Source: Planctomycetota bacterium
GTDB lineage: Bacteria; Planctomycetota; UBA1135; UBA2386
Assembly (NCBI GenBank): GCA_947444055.1
Contig: CANEYR010000004.1
Location: forward strand, 39,820 to 103,819
Direction: 5' to 3'
Length of the DNA: 64,000 nt
The notes below the pieces were generated by a model. The model made no database searches. It was not told the DNA's origin and was given only the letters and a program-made list of their open reading frames with translations. Positions 56,141-64,000 of the stretch are shown here, piece by piece (position 1 is the first letter of the stretch; each line of letters opens with the position of its first letter). Position numbers and translations under genes: made by a program.

Positions 56141-56341
56141 GGTGGAGCAACGAGGGAAGGTCTGACGGCACGAACGTCGTGAAGCCAGACGAGGCAGGCT
56201 ACCCGAAGTGATCGCGCTGACTAGGGTGCCCACATACCCAATCGCCGGGTCTGCGGGCGAACGCATTCGCGATCGGTTTGACAGCCCGTCGCCTGGGTGC
56301 CAACGTGCCCCCCTCCTCGTCCCTGATTGCGGGTTGCTCCC

Positions 56342-59119
56342 ATGGCTTTGATTCATTGCACGGCAGTCGCCAGTGTTTTGGCGTCTGTTCTCTCGGCCCA
56401 ATCGTTCGTCAACTTCGAGAGCGGGCCGGTGCATCCGCTGCGGTTGTCACCCGATGGCACACGATTGTTTGTCGCCGATACCACAGGCGGGCGGCTGTGC
56501 GTGTTCGACCTCGGCAATCCCTCGGCGCCATTCTTGATCGCTGAGATTCCGGTCGGGCTGGACCCGGTCTCGGTGCAACCGCGAACGCGCGACGAAGTTT
56601 GGGTGACCAACTTGTTGTCCGACAGCGTCAGCATCGTCAGCGTCGCCGCTGGTCGCGTCATCGATACGTTGCGTGTCGTCGATGAACCGAGCGACGTGGT
56701 GTTCGCTGGCGGCAAGGCGTTTGTGACCGCGGCCACGGTGGATGCCGTGAAGGTGTTTGACGCCACGACGCGCGCCTCGCTCGGCTCGGTCGCGATCTTC
56801 GGCAAGGATCCGCGCGCCTTGGCGGTGAGCCCCGATGGCTCGCGCGTGTACGCCGTCGTGCAGCGTTCGGGCAATGGCACGACGATTCTGCCGTCGAACG
56901 TGGCGCCGCCACAGCCGCCGCCAACCAACATCACCTTGCCCGCGGCACCGGATGCCGGCTTGATCGTGCGCGCCGATGACCCGACGTGGGCCGCGAACAT
57001 CCCCTACACGCTGCCCGATCACGATGTCGTGCAGATCGATGTCGCCACGTTGGCGGTGACCCGCTCCTTCGTGGCGGTTGGCACCACCAACACGTGCCTC
57101 GCGGTGCATCCGACGAGCGGTGATCTCTGGGTGGCGAACACCGAGGCGCGCAATCTCATTCGCTTCGAGCCAGTGTTGCGCGGCCATGCGATCGACAGCC
57201 GACTGACGCGCATCACCACCGGCGTCGTGCCGTCGGTGACGCCGTTCGATCTCAACGTGGGCGTGAACTACAACGTGTTGCCGAACACGGCGGCGCTGGC
57301 CACGGCCCTGAGTGAACCGTTCGGTGTTGCCATCGATGCGGCGGCGGGCCGCGTCTACGTCGCCGCCCATGGCTCGGATCGCGTCGGCGTCGTCGACTTG
57401 GCTGGCGTCGTGCAAGCTCGCATCGAGATCGGGGTGACGCCGGGGGCCTTGGTCAACACGCGGCAGAAGCGCGGCCCGCGCGCGCTGGCGTTGCACCCGA
57501 CGGCGGGTCGGCTCTACGTGCAGAATCGTCTCAGCGACACGCTGTGCGTGGTCGACACGGCAACCAACGCGGTGCTCAGCGAGCAGCCGATTGCGAGCTG
57601 GGACCCGATGCCGACGACCATGCGCCAGGGCCGAAAGTTTCTCTACGACGCGAAGTTGTCTGGCAACGGCACCATGTCGTGTGCCGCGTGCCACATCGAC
57701 GGCGACCTCGACGGCATCGCGTGGGACCTCGGCGATCCGGCGGGCAGCTTGCAGAACCCGCCGTCGCAGCCCTTCCCGTTCAACATCGGCTTGGTGCCGT
57801 TCCATCCGATGAAGGGACCGATGACGACGCAGACGCTGCGTGGTCTGCAAGGCACCGGCAACCTGCACTGGCGCGGCGATCGCGCGACGTTCGCGGCGTT
57901 CAATGGCGCCTTCGCGTCGTTGTTGGGTGGCGCGCTGTTGTCGACGCCGGACATGACCGACTACGCGGCCTTCGCCAACGCGATCGTGTATCCGCCAAAC
58001 CCCATCCAACAGCTCAATCGCACCTACCGCTCGACGCCGGCGGCCAACAACGAAGCGGCGGGTCTGGTGCAGTTCAACCAGAACATCGTCACGTTCCCGA
58101 TCCCTGGCGGCGCCTCCTGTGCGACCTGCCACACGCTGCCGAGCGGCACCAATGGCTTCGCGATCCTGGCATCGGTGATCCAAGAACCGCAGCAGATGAA
58201 GGTGCCGCAGGTTCGCAACATGTACCGCAAGGGCGGTTTCGCCCGCACCGCCGCGCCGCAGAAGGCGGGCTTTGGGTTCACCCACGATGGCGCCCTGGAC
58301 ACGTTGGCTTCGTTCCTTGCCCAGCCGGTGTTTGGTAGCTGGCCAGCGGGCACGAAGGACGACTTGGTGTCGCTGTTGAATGCGTTCGACACGGGCACGG
58401 CACCGGCGGTCGGCTACCAGATTGCGCTGTCGCAGGGCAACGCGAGCAGCCCGCAGTTTGGCACTGACATGACGTTGGTGACGACGCGGGCGGTGGCCGG
58501 CGATCTCGACCTGACTGCGCACGGCCGGATCGATGGGCAGCTGCGCTTCCTGCTTTTCCAAACGGGCACCGCGACGTTCACCAGCGACCAGACCGGCGTT
58601 GGGCCGTTCTCGCAGGCGCAGCTGGTGAGCCGCGCTCTGGCTGGCAATGCCAACTTGACGTTCACCGCGGTGCCGCCGGGCAGTGGCAATCGCACCGCCC
58701 TCGATCGCGACCTCGATGGCACCAAGAACGGTGATGAGGCCGCGGTTGTCTATGGGGCGGCGACCCCCGGGTGCACTGGCGCGCCGCTGCTCGCTGCCAA
58801 CTCCGAGCCGCGGGTCGGCAATGCGCAGTTTGGGTTTGTGCTGACGGGCGCGCAGGCGAACACGTTCGGCCTCCTTGCCCTAGCACTCGGCCAGGCGTCG
58901 ATTCCAGTGCTCGGGGTCACGGTGTTGATCGACCCGCTGACGGCGGTGCCAATTGGGCTCGCCAGCGATGCCTTTGGCGGTGCCGTGCATGCCTTCGCCT
59001 TGCCGCCAAGTCCGGCGAACATTGGGCTTGGCATCACGTCGCAAGCCCTGTGGCTCGACCTGTGTGGCAGCGAGTGGTGGAGCAGCAGTGCGGGGCTGCA
59101 GTTCTTGGTCCGACCGTGA
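56342..59119 (+). CDS. Secreted beta-propeller / di-haem cytochrome c peroxidase-like fusion protein
   Basis: Signal peptide MALIHCTAVASVLASVLSAQS. YVTN-like repeats (LSPDGTRLFVAD, VSPDGSRVYAV, LHPTAGRLYVQN). Two haem motifs, CAACH (57680-94) and CATCH (58118-32), lie 146 aa apart. KVPQVRNM...FTHDGA. Ca-binding-like DRDLDGTKNGDE. Shared C-terminal module. Confidence 0.8.
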   Translation: MALIHCTAVASVLASVLSAQSFVNFESGPVHPLRLSPDGTRLFVADTTGGRLCVFDLGNPSAPFLIAEIPVGLDPVSVQPRTRDEVWVTNLLSDSVSIVSVAAGRVIDTLRVVDEPSDVVFAGGKAFVTAATVDAVKVFDATTRASLGSVAIFGKDPRALAVSPDGSRVYAVVQRSGNGTTILPSNVAPPQPPPTNITLPAAPDAGLIVRADDPTWAANIPYTLPDHDVVQIDVATLAVTRSFVAVGTTNTCLAVHPTSGDLWVANTEARNLIRFEPVLRGHAIDSRLTRITTGVVPSVTPFDLNVGVNYNVLPNTAALATALSEPFGVAIDAAAGRVYVAAHGSDRVGVVDLAGVVQARIEIGVTPGALVNTRQKRGPRALALHPTAGRLYVQNRLSDTLCVVDTATNAVLSEQPIASWDPMPTTMRQGRKFLYDAKLSGNGTMSCAACHIDGDLDGIAWDLGDPAGSLQNPPSQPFPFNIGLVPFHPMKGPMTTQTLRGLQGTGNLHWRGDRATFAAFNGAFASLLGGALLSTPDMTDYAAFANAIVYPPNPIQQLNRTYRSTPAANNEAAGLVQFNQNIVTFPIPGGASCATCHTLPSGTNGFAILASVIQEPQQMKVPQVRNMYRKGGFARTAAPQKAGFGFTHDGALDTLASFLAQPVFGSWPAGTKDDLVSLLNAFDTGTAPAVGYQIALSQGNASSPQFGTDMTLVTTRAVAGDLDLTAHGRIDGQLRFLLFQTGTATFTSDQTGVGPFSQAQLVSRALAGNANLTFTAVPPGSGNRTALDRDLDGTKNGDEAAVVYGAATPGCTGAPLLAANSEPRVGNAQFGFVLTGAQANTFGLLALALGQASIPVLGVTVLIDPLTAVPIGLASDAFGGAVHAFALPPSPANIGLGITSQALWLDLCGSEWWSSSAGLQFLVRP

Positions 59120-59173
59120 TGGTGGCGGGCGCTTCGCGCCGGCGGCATGATGGCCGCACAAGGAGCACACTCG

Positions 59174-59500
59174 ATGGCCAGCGGATTCGGTGACATGCAG
59201 AGTCTTTTGAAGCAGGCGCAGGACATGCAGCGGCGCATGCAGGACACCACGCGTTCGCTGGGCGAGCGCATCCTCGAAGGCTCGGCCGGTGGTGGCGTCG
59301 TGAAGGCCTACGTCAACGGCAACTTGGAACTGCAGGCGGTCAAGATCCAGAAGGCCGCCGTCGATCCGAGCGAGGTCGAGACGCTGGAAGACTTGGTGCT
59401 GGTGGCCGTGCGGCAGGCGCTGCAAGCGGCGAAGGACTTGAAGGACCGCGAGATGGCGAAGGTCACCGGCGGCATGAACTTGCCGGGAATGGGCTTCTGA
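59174..59500 (+). CDS. ybaB: Nucleoid-associated protein YbaB/EbfC
   Basis: MQSLLKQAQDMQRRMQ...GGGVVKAYVNGNLELQAVKI. AAGGAG Shine-Dalgarno sequence before ATG 59174. Confidence 0.92.
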   Translation: MASGFGDMQSLLKQAQDMQRRMQDTTRSLGERILEGSAGGGVVKAYVNGNLELQAVKIQKAAVDPSEVETLEDLVLVAVRQALQAAKDLKDREMAKVTGGMNLPGMGF

Positions 59501-59728
59501 GGCGAGGGTTGTTGAGCCGGTTGCTGCGCCGGTTATTGAGCCAGCGCGCCCCCGGCTGAGTCGGGCTGAACACGTCGGCGGATCGCCGCGGCCGCGGCGG
59601 CTTCCGGCCGATTGCAATCTGCGTGTTGCTGCCGGGCGTTGCGTGGCTAGGTCCGTAGTGGCCCGACCTTCACGCCACCACGTGCCTTGATCCTGCGCGC
59701 GATCCTTGGAAGCTAGCGAGTGCTGCGC

Positions 59729-60328
59729 ATGGCGACCCGCGACCGCACGATCGAGAACCTGATCACACGGCTGACCCGTTTGCCGGGCATTGGGCCAAAG
59801 ACCGCGGAGCGCTTGGCGTTCCACCTGTTGCGCGTCGATGCGGACGAAGCGCTGCAGTTGGCGAAGGCCATCGAAGAGGTGCGGGCGGCGGTCAAGTCGT
59901 GTTCGCAGTGCTTTCAGCTCGATGCGGCGGATCCTTGCGGCATCTGCACCGATGCGACGCGCGATCGAACGATGCTGCTCGTGGTCGAGGATCCGCGCGA
60001 GGTCATTCGCTTCGAGGAGGTTGGCTACAAAGGCCTCTACCACGTGTTGCAGGGGCGCCTGTCGCAACTCGAAGGCATTCGGCCAGAGGATCTGACGACC
60101 GCCCAGTTGGTTCTGCGCGTGCGCCGCGAGCAGTTCGCGGAGGTGTGTCTGGCGACCAATCCGGATCTTGAAGGCGAAGGCACCGCGCGAGTCTTGGCCG
60201 AACAGTTGGCGCCGCTCGGCGTCAAGGTCACGCGCTTGGCGCGCGGATTGCCCGCAGGTTCATCGATCGCGCAAGTCAGCGCCTCGATCCTGGCCGATGC
60301 AATCGAAGGGCGGCGGCCGCTGTCGTGA
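59729..60328 (+). CDS. recR: Recombination protein RecR
   Basis: LPGIGPKTAERLAFHLL, zinc finger CSQC...CGIC, Toprim LLVVEDP. Confidence 0.95.
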   Translation: MATRDRTIENLITRLTRLPGIGPKTAERLAFHLLRVDADEALQLAKAIEEVRAAVKSCSQCFQLDAADPCGICTDATRDRTMLLVVEDPREVIRFEEVGYKGLYHVLQGRLSQLEGIRPEDLTTAQLVLRVRREQFAEVCLATNPDLEGEGTARVLAEQLAPLGVKVTRLARGLPAGSSIAQVSASILADAIEGRRPLS

Positions 60329-62841
60329 GCCAAGCCCGTTTGAGCCTGCCGATCGACGATGTGATTCCCGCCGTGCAGCAAGCGCTGCGAGTGGGCACGT
60401 CGCTGCTGTTGTTGGCGCCACCAGGTTCTGGCAAGACGACGCGCGTGCCGCCGGCGTTGTTGCCGCTGCTCGGTGAGCGTGGTGGTGAAGTGGTGGTGTT
60501 GGAGCCACGGCGGTTGGCGGCGCGCGCGGCGGCGGCGAGAGTGGCGCAGGAACTCGGCTGTGAACTCGGCGGCCTGGTTGGTTACCAAGTGCGCGGTGAT
60601 GCCCGCACGTCGGCGGCGACGCGCATTCGGTTCGTCACCGAGGGCGTGTTGGTGCGGCAGCTCGTGCGTGACCCGTTCCTCGAAGGCGTCGGCGCCGTTT
60701 GCCTTGATGAGTTTCACGAACGCCATCTCGAGGGCGATCTGGCCTTGGCGATGTTGGCGGAGACGCGCGCCACGGTGCGGCCGGAGCTGCGGCTGTGCGT
60801 GATGTCGGCGACGCTCGATCCAACCCCGCTGCGCGCGTTCTTGCCGGGGGCGGCGACGATCGAGGCGGATGGCCGTCTGCACCCCGTGCAGGTCGTGCAC
60901 TTGGATCGCGCCGCCGATGGACCGCTCGAAGTCACCGTGCGCACCGCGGTGGAACGCGCCCTCACGGAGACCAGCGGCGACGTGTTGGTGTTCTTGCCAG
61001 GCACCGGCGAGATCATGCGCGGTCAGGATGCGTTGGCGAATCTGGCGCGGCGCCTCGGGGTCTTGGTGTTGCCGTTGCACGGTCGCCTCGAATTGACGGA
61101 ACAAGTTCGAGCGATCGCGCCGCAGGAACGGCGCAAGGTCGTGCTGTCGACCAACGTCGCCGAGAGTTCGCTGACGATCGCGGGCGTCACCGCCGTCGTC
61201 GATGCGGGCCTCGCGCGCGAGCTGCGCTTCGATCGTGGTCGCGGCGTCGACGTGCTGCAGCTCGAACGCATCAGCGTGGCGTCCGCGACGCAGCGCGCTG
61301 GTCGCGCCGGCCGCACGGGGCCGGGTCGCTGCTATCGCTTGTGGACGATGGCGGAAGAACGCGGCATGCCAGCGCGCGCGTTGCCCGAAGTGCAACGCAT
61401 CGACCTGTGTGGCCCGACCTTGTTGGTGCGCGCGTTCGCTGGTCGCGATCCGCGCGAGTTCGGTTGGTTCGAAGCGCCGCCGGCGGAGGCGTTGCTCGCG
61501 GCGGACCGACTGCTCGTCGACCTTGGTGCGATCGATGCCAAAGGTGGCATGACGCGCCTTGGGCAAACGCTGTTGACCTTGCCGATGCATCCGCGCATGG
61601 CCGCGGTTGTGCAGGCCGGGCGGGCGCTCGGTTGCGCGGCCGCCGCGGCGACGGCGGCGACCTTGTTGGCGGACGTCGAACAACTTGGCCGCGGCGATGG
61701 GGCGGATTTGCACGCGGCCGTGGATGCGTTCTTGTTGGCTGAGGAACGTGGATTCCCGGACCACTTGTGCCGCGAGTTTGGGGTCGGTAGCGGGCAGGCG
61801 CGGGCTCTGCAGGCGAGCCGCGATCGATTGCTCGGCAGTGGCGAACGTCGTGGCGACAGTTCACGCGACACGACGTTGCTTGGCCGCTGCTTGCTGGCTG
61901 GGTTCTCGGATCGGGTGGCACTGCGCACGAACGGCGGCGAGCCGCGCACGGCCGTGATGGTGGGGGGACGTGGGCTCGTCTTGCCGGCCGCCGCGGACGG
62001 CCACGATTTGTTCGTCGCGTTGCGCTTGCTGGAGACCGGTCGCCAACAGCGTTCGCGCGCCATCCTGACGGCGGCAATCGACGTCGCGGACCTGCAAGCG
62101 GTGGCGGCGAACGAGTTGCGCCAGGTCGTCACCGCCGTGCTCGAGCCAGAGGAAGGCCGGGTGGTCGCGGTGCGCGAACATCGGTTTCGCGACCTGCCGC
62201 TGCGTTCGGCGCGCGGCGGTGAGTTGCCGGAAGGGGCGGCGGCGCAGTTGCTGCTGCCGGTGCTGGCGACGGATCCGTGGCGTTGGCTTGGCGAACAGAA
62301 AGAACTGCGGCGGGTGCTGGCGCGCGTGCGTTGGCTGGCGCTGCGTTCACCGGATCTCGGCATGCCGACGTGGGACGATCGCGCGGTGGCGGCAGCCGCC
62401 TTGCAGCTGCTGGGTGCGCGCAGTGACCTGCGGGCGTTGCGCGATGCGGCGGTGACGGAGTTGTTGATGGCTGAGCTGTCGTCCGCCCAACGTCGGGCTC
62501 TGCAGCAAGGGGCTCCCGATCGCATCGACCTGCCGTCGGGAAGGGCCGCCATCGTCGATTACGACGCGCCGGCGGGGCCGACGATCTCGGCTCGACTGCA
62601 GGAGTTCTTCGGTCTGCGGGCGGTCGGCGCACTGGCGGGCGGCCGCGTTCCGGTCGTGCTGCAGCTGCTGGGGCCCAACCACCAGCCGGTGCAAGTGACG
62701 ACGGACTTGCCGAGCTTCTGGGTGAACGTCTATCCGCTGGTGCGCCGCGAGTTGAGTCGCCGTTATCCGCGCCACAGCTGGCCGGAAGACCCTCTAGCGG
62801 CCAATCCCGAAGCCAAGCCGCGGCGCCGTCGCCCGCAGTGA
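60325..62841 (+). CDS. hrpB: ATP-dependent RNA helicase HrpB (DEAH-box)
   Basis: APPGSGKTT, DEFHER, SATL, TNVAESSLTI, QRAGRAGR. 838 aa. The GTG overlaps the recR stop. Confidence 0.92.
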   Translation: MSQARLSLPIDDVIPAVQQALRVGTSLLLLAPPGSGKTTRVPPALLPLLGERGGEVVVLEPRRLAARAAAARVAQELGCELGGLVGYQVRGDARTSAATRIRFVTEGVLVRQLVRDPFLEGVGAVCLDEFHERHLEGDLALAMLAETRATVRPELRLCVMSATLDPTPLRAFLPGAATIEADGRLHPVQVVHLDRAADGPLEVTVRTAVERALTETSGDVLVFLPGTGEIMRGQDALANLARRLGVLVLPLHGRLELTEQVRAIAPQERRKVVLSTNVAESSLTIAGVTAVVDAGLARELRFDRGRGVDVLQLERISVASATQRAGRAGRTGPGRCYRLWTMAEERGMPARALPEVQRIDLCGPTLLVRAFAGRDPREFGWFEAPPAEALLAADRLLVDLGAIDAKGGMTRLGQTLLTLPMHPRMAAVVQAGRALGCAAAAATAATLLADVEQLGRGDGADLHAAVDAFLLAEERGFPDHLCREFGVGSGQARALQASRDRLLGSGERRGDSSRDTTLLGRCLLAGFSDRVALRTNGGEPRTAVMVGGRGLVLPAAADGHDLFVALRLLETGRQQRSRAILTAAIDVADLQAVAANELRQVVTAVLEPEEGRVVAVREHRFRDLPLRSARGGELPEGAAAQLLLPVLATDPWRWLGEQKELRRVLARVRWLALRSPDLGMPTWDDRAVAAAALQLLGARSDLRALRDAAVTELLMAELSSAQRRALQQGAPDRIDLPSGRAAIVDYDAPAGPTISARLQEFFGLRAVGALAGGRVPVVLQLLGPNHQPVQVTTDLPSFWVNVYPLVRRELSRRYPRHSWPEDPLAANPEAKPRRRRPQ

Positions 62842-62973
62842 TTGCGTTCACGAACGGCTGGGTGCGTGGGGGTGGTCTCAGATTAGTGATGCGTTTTCAG
62901 ACGGTCCATCGACCGACCGCTCAAGGTTTGGGCGGAGTGCGTCGAAAGTCGTTCCTGGAGCGACCTTCCGCAC

Positions 62974-64000
62974 ATGAGCCTCGAACTACGACTTGGCCAA
63001 CGTCAAGAGCAGCGGCTAGCACTGCTGCCGCAGATGTTGCAGTCCATCGAGGTGCTGCAGTTGGCGACTACGGACTTGCTGTTGTTCCTCGACCAGGAGC
63101 TGCAACAGAACGAGACGCTCGAAGCGCGGCCGGTGGTCGCGGCGGAGCCGGCTGAGGCGCCGCCGCTGCGCGTTGCCGAACGCGAAGACACGGGCTGGGA
63201 AGAATGGCGGCGCGGTCCAGCTGGCGATGGCGACGACCACAAGTCGATCTTCTTGGCGAACGTGCCAGCGCGCGGTGATTCGCTCGTAGAGTTCGTGCGG
63301 CATCAGTTGGCGTTCCGCGCCGTGCCGGACCTGTTGGCCGATGCGGTGATCACGCTGGTTGAGCACCTCGATGAGCGCGGCTTGTTGCCGTTCGCCGTCG
63401 AGGACTTGGCGGAGCAGCTCGATGCGCCGATGGAGTTGTTGGCAAAAGCGCGGGCGCTGTTGTGCACGCTCGAGCCGCGCGGCATCGGCGCCATGGACTC
63501 GATCGAAGCGATGCTCCTGCAGGCCGAAGGCGATCCCGATCTGTGCACGATCGAGAGCTTGCTGCGCGAGCACCTGGAGGCGCTCGGACGCAACCGGTTG
63601 CCCGATGTCGCCCGCGAGTTGGCGCTGTCGATCGACGAATTGCAGAGCCTGCTCGAACGCATGCGGTGGCTGAATCCGCGGCCGGCGTCCTCGTTTGACG
63701 TGCGCGAAGAGCCGTCGCTGCGCCCCGATGCGTTCGTGTGGTTGCACGATGGCTCGGTGCACGTGACCTTGGACGATGCGTCGCTGCCCGATCTGCAAGT
63801 GAACGCGGAGTACGCAGCGCTGGCGGGCAATCGAACGACGACCCGCGAAGTGCGCGACTACCTGCGGCCGAAGCTGCGTTCGGCGCGCGATCTGATTGAT
63901 GCCGTTCACCTTCGCCAAGCGACTCTGCTGCGCGTCGTCGAAGCGGTGATGAAGGAGCAGCAGCCGTTCCTCGCCAAGGGTCGCACGGCGATTCGGCCGC
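62974..64000 (+). CDS. rpoN: RNA polymerase sigma-54 factor, 3' end outside the window
   Basis: MSLELRLGQRQEQRLALLPQMLQSIEVLQLATTDLLLFLDQELQQNETLE is the sigma-54 region I. The frame is open to base 64000. It is absent from the ORF track because it is incomplete. Confidence 0.9.
   Translation, partial: MSLELRLGQRQEQRLALLPQMLQSIEVLQLATTDLLLFLDQELQQNETLEARPVVAAEPAEAPPLRVAEREDTGWEEWRRGPAGDGDDHKSIFLANVPARGDSLVEFVRHQLAFRAVPDLLADAVITLVEHLDERGLLPFAVEDLAEQLDAPMELLAKARALLCTLEPRGIGAMDSIEAMLLQAEGDPDLCTIESLLREHLEALGRNRLPDVARELALSIDELQSLLERMRWLNPRPASSFDVREEPSLRPDAFVWLHDGSVHVTLDDASLPDLQVNAEYAALAGNRTTTREVRDYLRPKLRSARDLIDAVHLRQATLLRVVEAVMKEQQPFLAKGRTAIRP

Noticed and set aside
56447-58561. 704-aa minus-strand ORF antisense to the propeller/peroxidase gene. 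Similar long antisense ORFs occur at 54146..56110(+), 60037..61764(-), 61332..62552(-), 43285..44952(+), 48484..49593(+), 5825..6835(-), 38990..40411(+), 22..738(-) and 58880..60067(-).
   Set aside because: These are shadow ORFs, as is typical for high-GC DNA. Their translations are Arg/Ala/Gly/His-rich low-complexity sequence with no recognisable motifs, whereas the opposite strand encodes proteins with clear family signatures.

Overview
High-GC bacterial chromosomal window. All calls come from reading the sequence and the ORF track and recognising conserved motifs; no database search was run. The phylum is not determinable from this window, though it looks like a Gram-negative-type, Sec-secreting organism.

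Layout:
- 1-7.1 kb: a 5'-truncated RNase E/G-family gene, rplU-rpmA-obg, a PilT-type ATPase and an EF-G paralog.
- 7.36-21.5 kb: a near-complete S10-spc-alpha ribosomal super-operon running rpsJ, rplD ... rplO, secY, adk, infA-like, rpmJ, rpsM, rpsK, rpsD, rpoA, rplQ. It lacks rplC, rpmD and map.
- 21.6-25.4 kb: an IS66-family element inserted just after the rplQ terminator. Its tnpC is itself split by an ISL3-family element. Both insertions have recognisable inverted repeats and 8-bp target duplications.
- 25.4-34.1 kb: dnaE, then phoU-pstB-pstA-pstC-pstS on the minus strand.
- 34.2-38.3 kb: a divergent pair of a serine-palmitoyltransferase-like gene and an extended SDR, an acyl-ornithine-type transcarbamylase, tadA and tRNA-Ser(CGA).
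- 38.3-51.9 kb: a mixed accessory stretch. It holds a large secreted protein, an Rpn/YhgA-like nuclease, a LemA pair, a cytochrome c peroxidase gene fragment, a GNAT, a hydrolase, a methyltransferase, a propeller protein, egtB, a prolyl oligopeptidase and alr.
- 51.9-64.0 kb: SRP RNA and tRNA-Ser(GGA) on the minus strand, then dnaX, a 5-kb insert of two large secreted proteins, ybaB-recR-hrpB and the start of rpoN.

The most interesting item is a gene the ORF track misses, at 45039-45293. It is an 84-codon Rdx/SelW-like reading frame. Both redox-motif positions are TGA (U-x-x-U), and a SECIS-like hairpin follows immediately.
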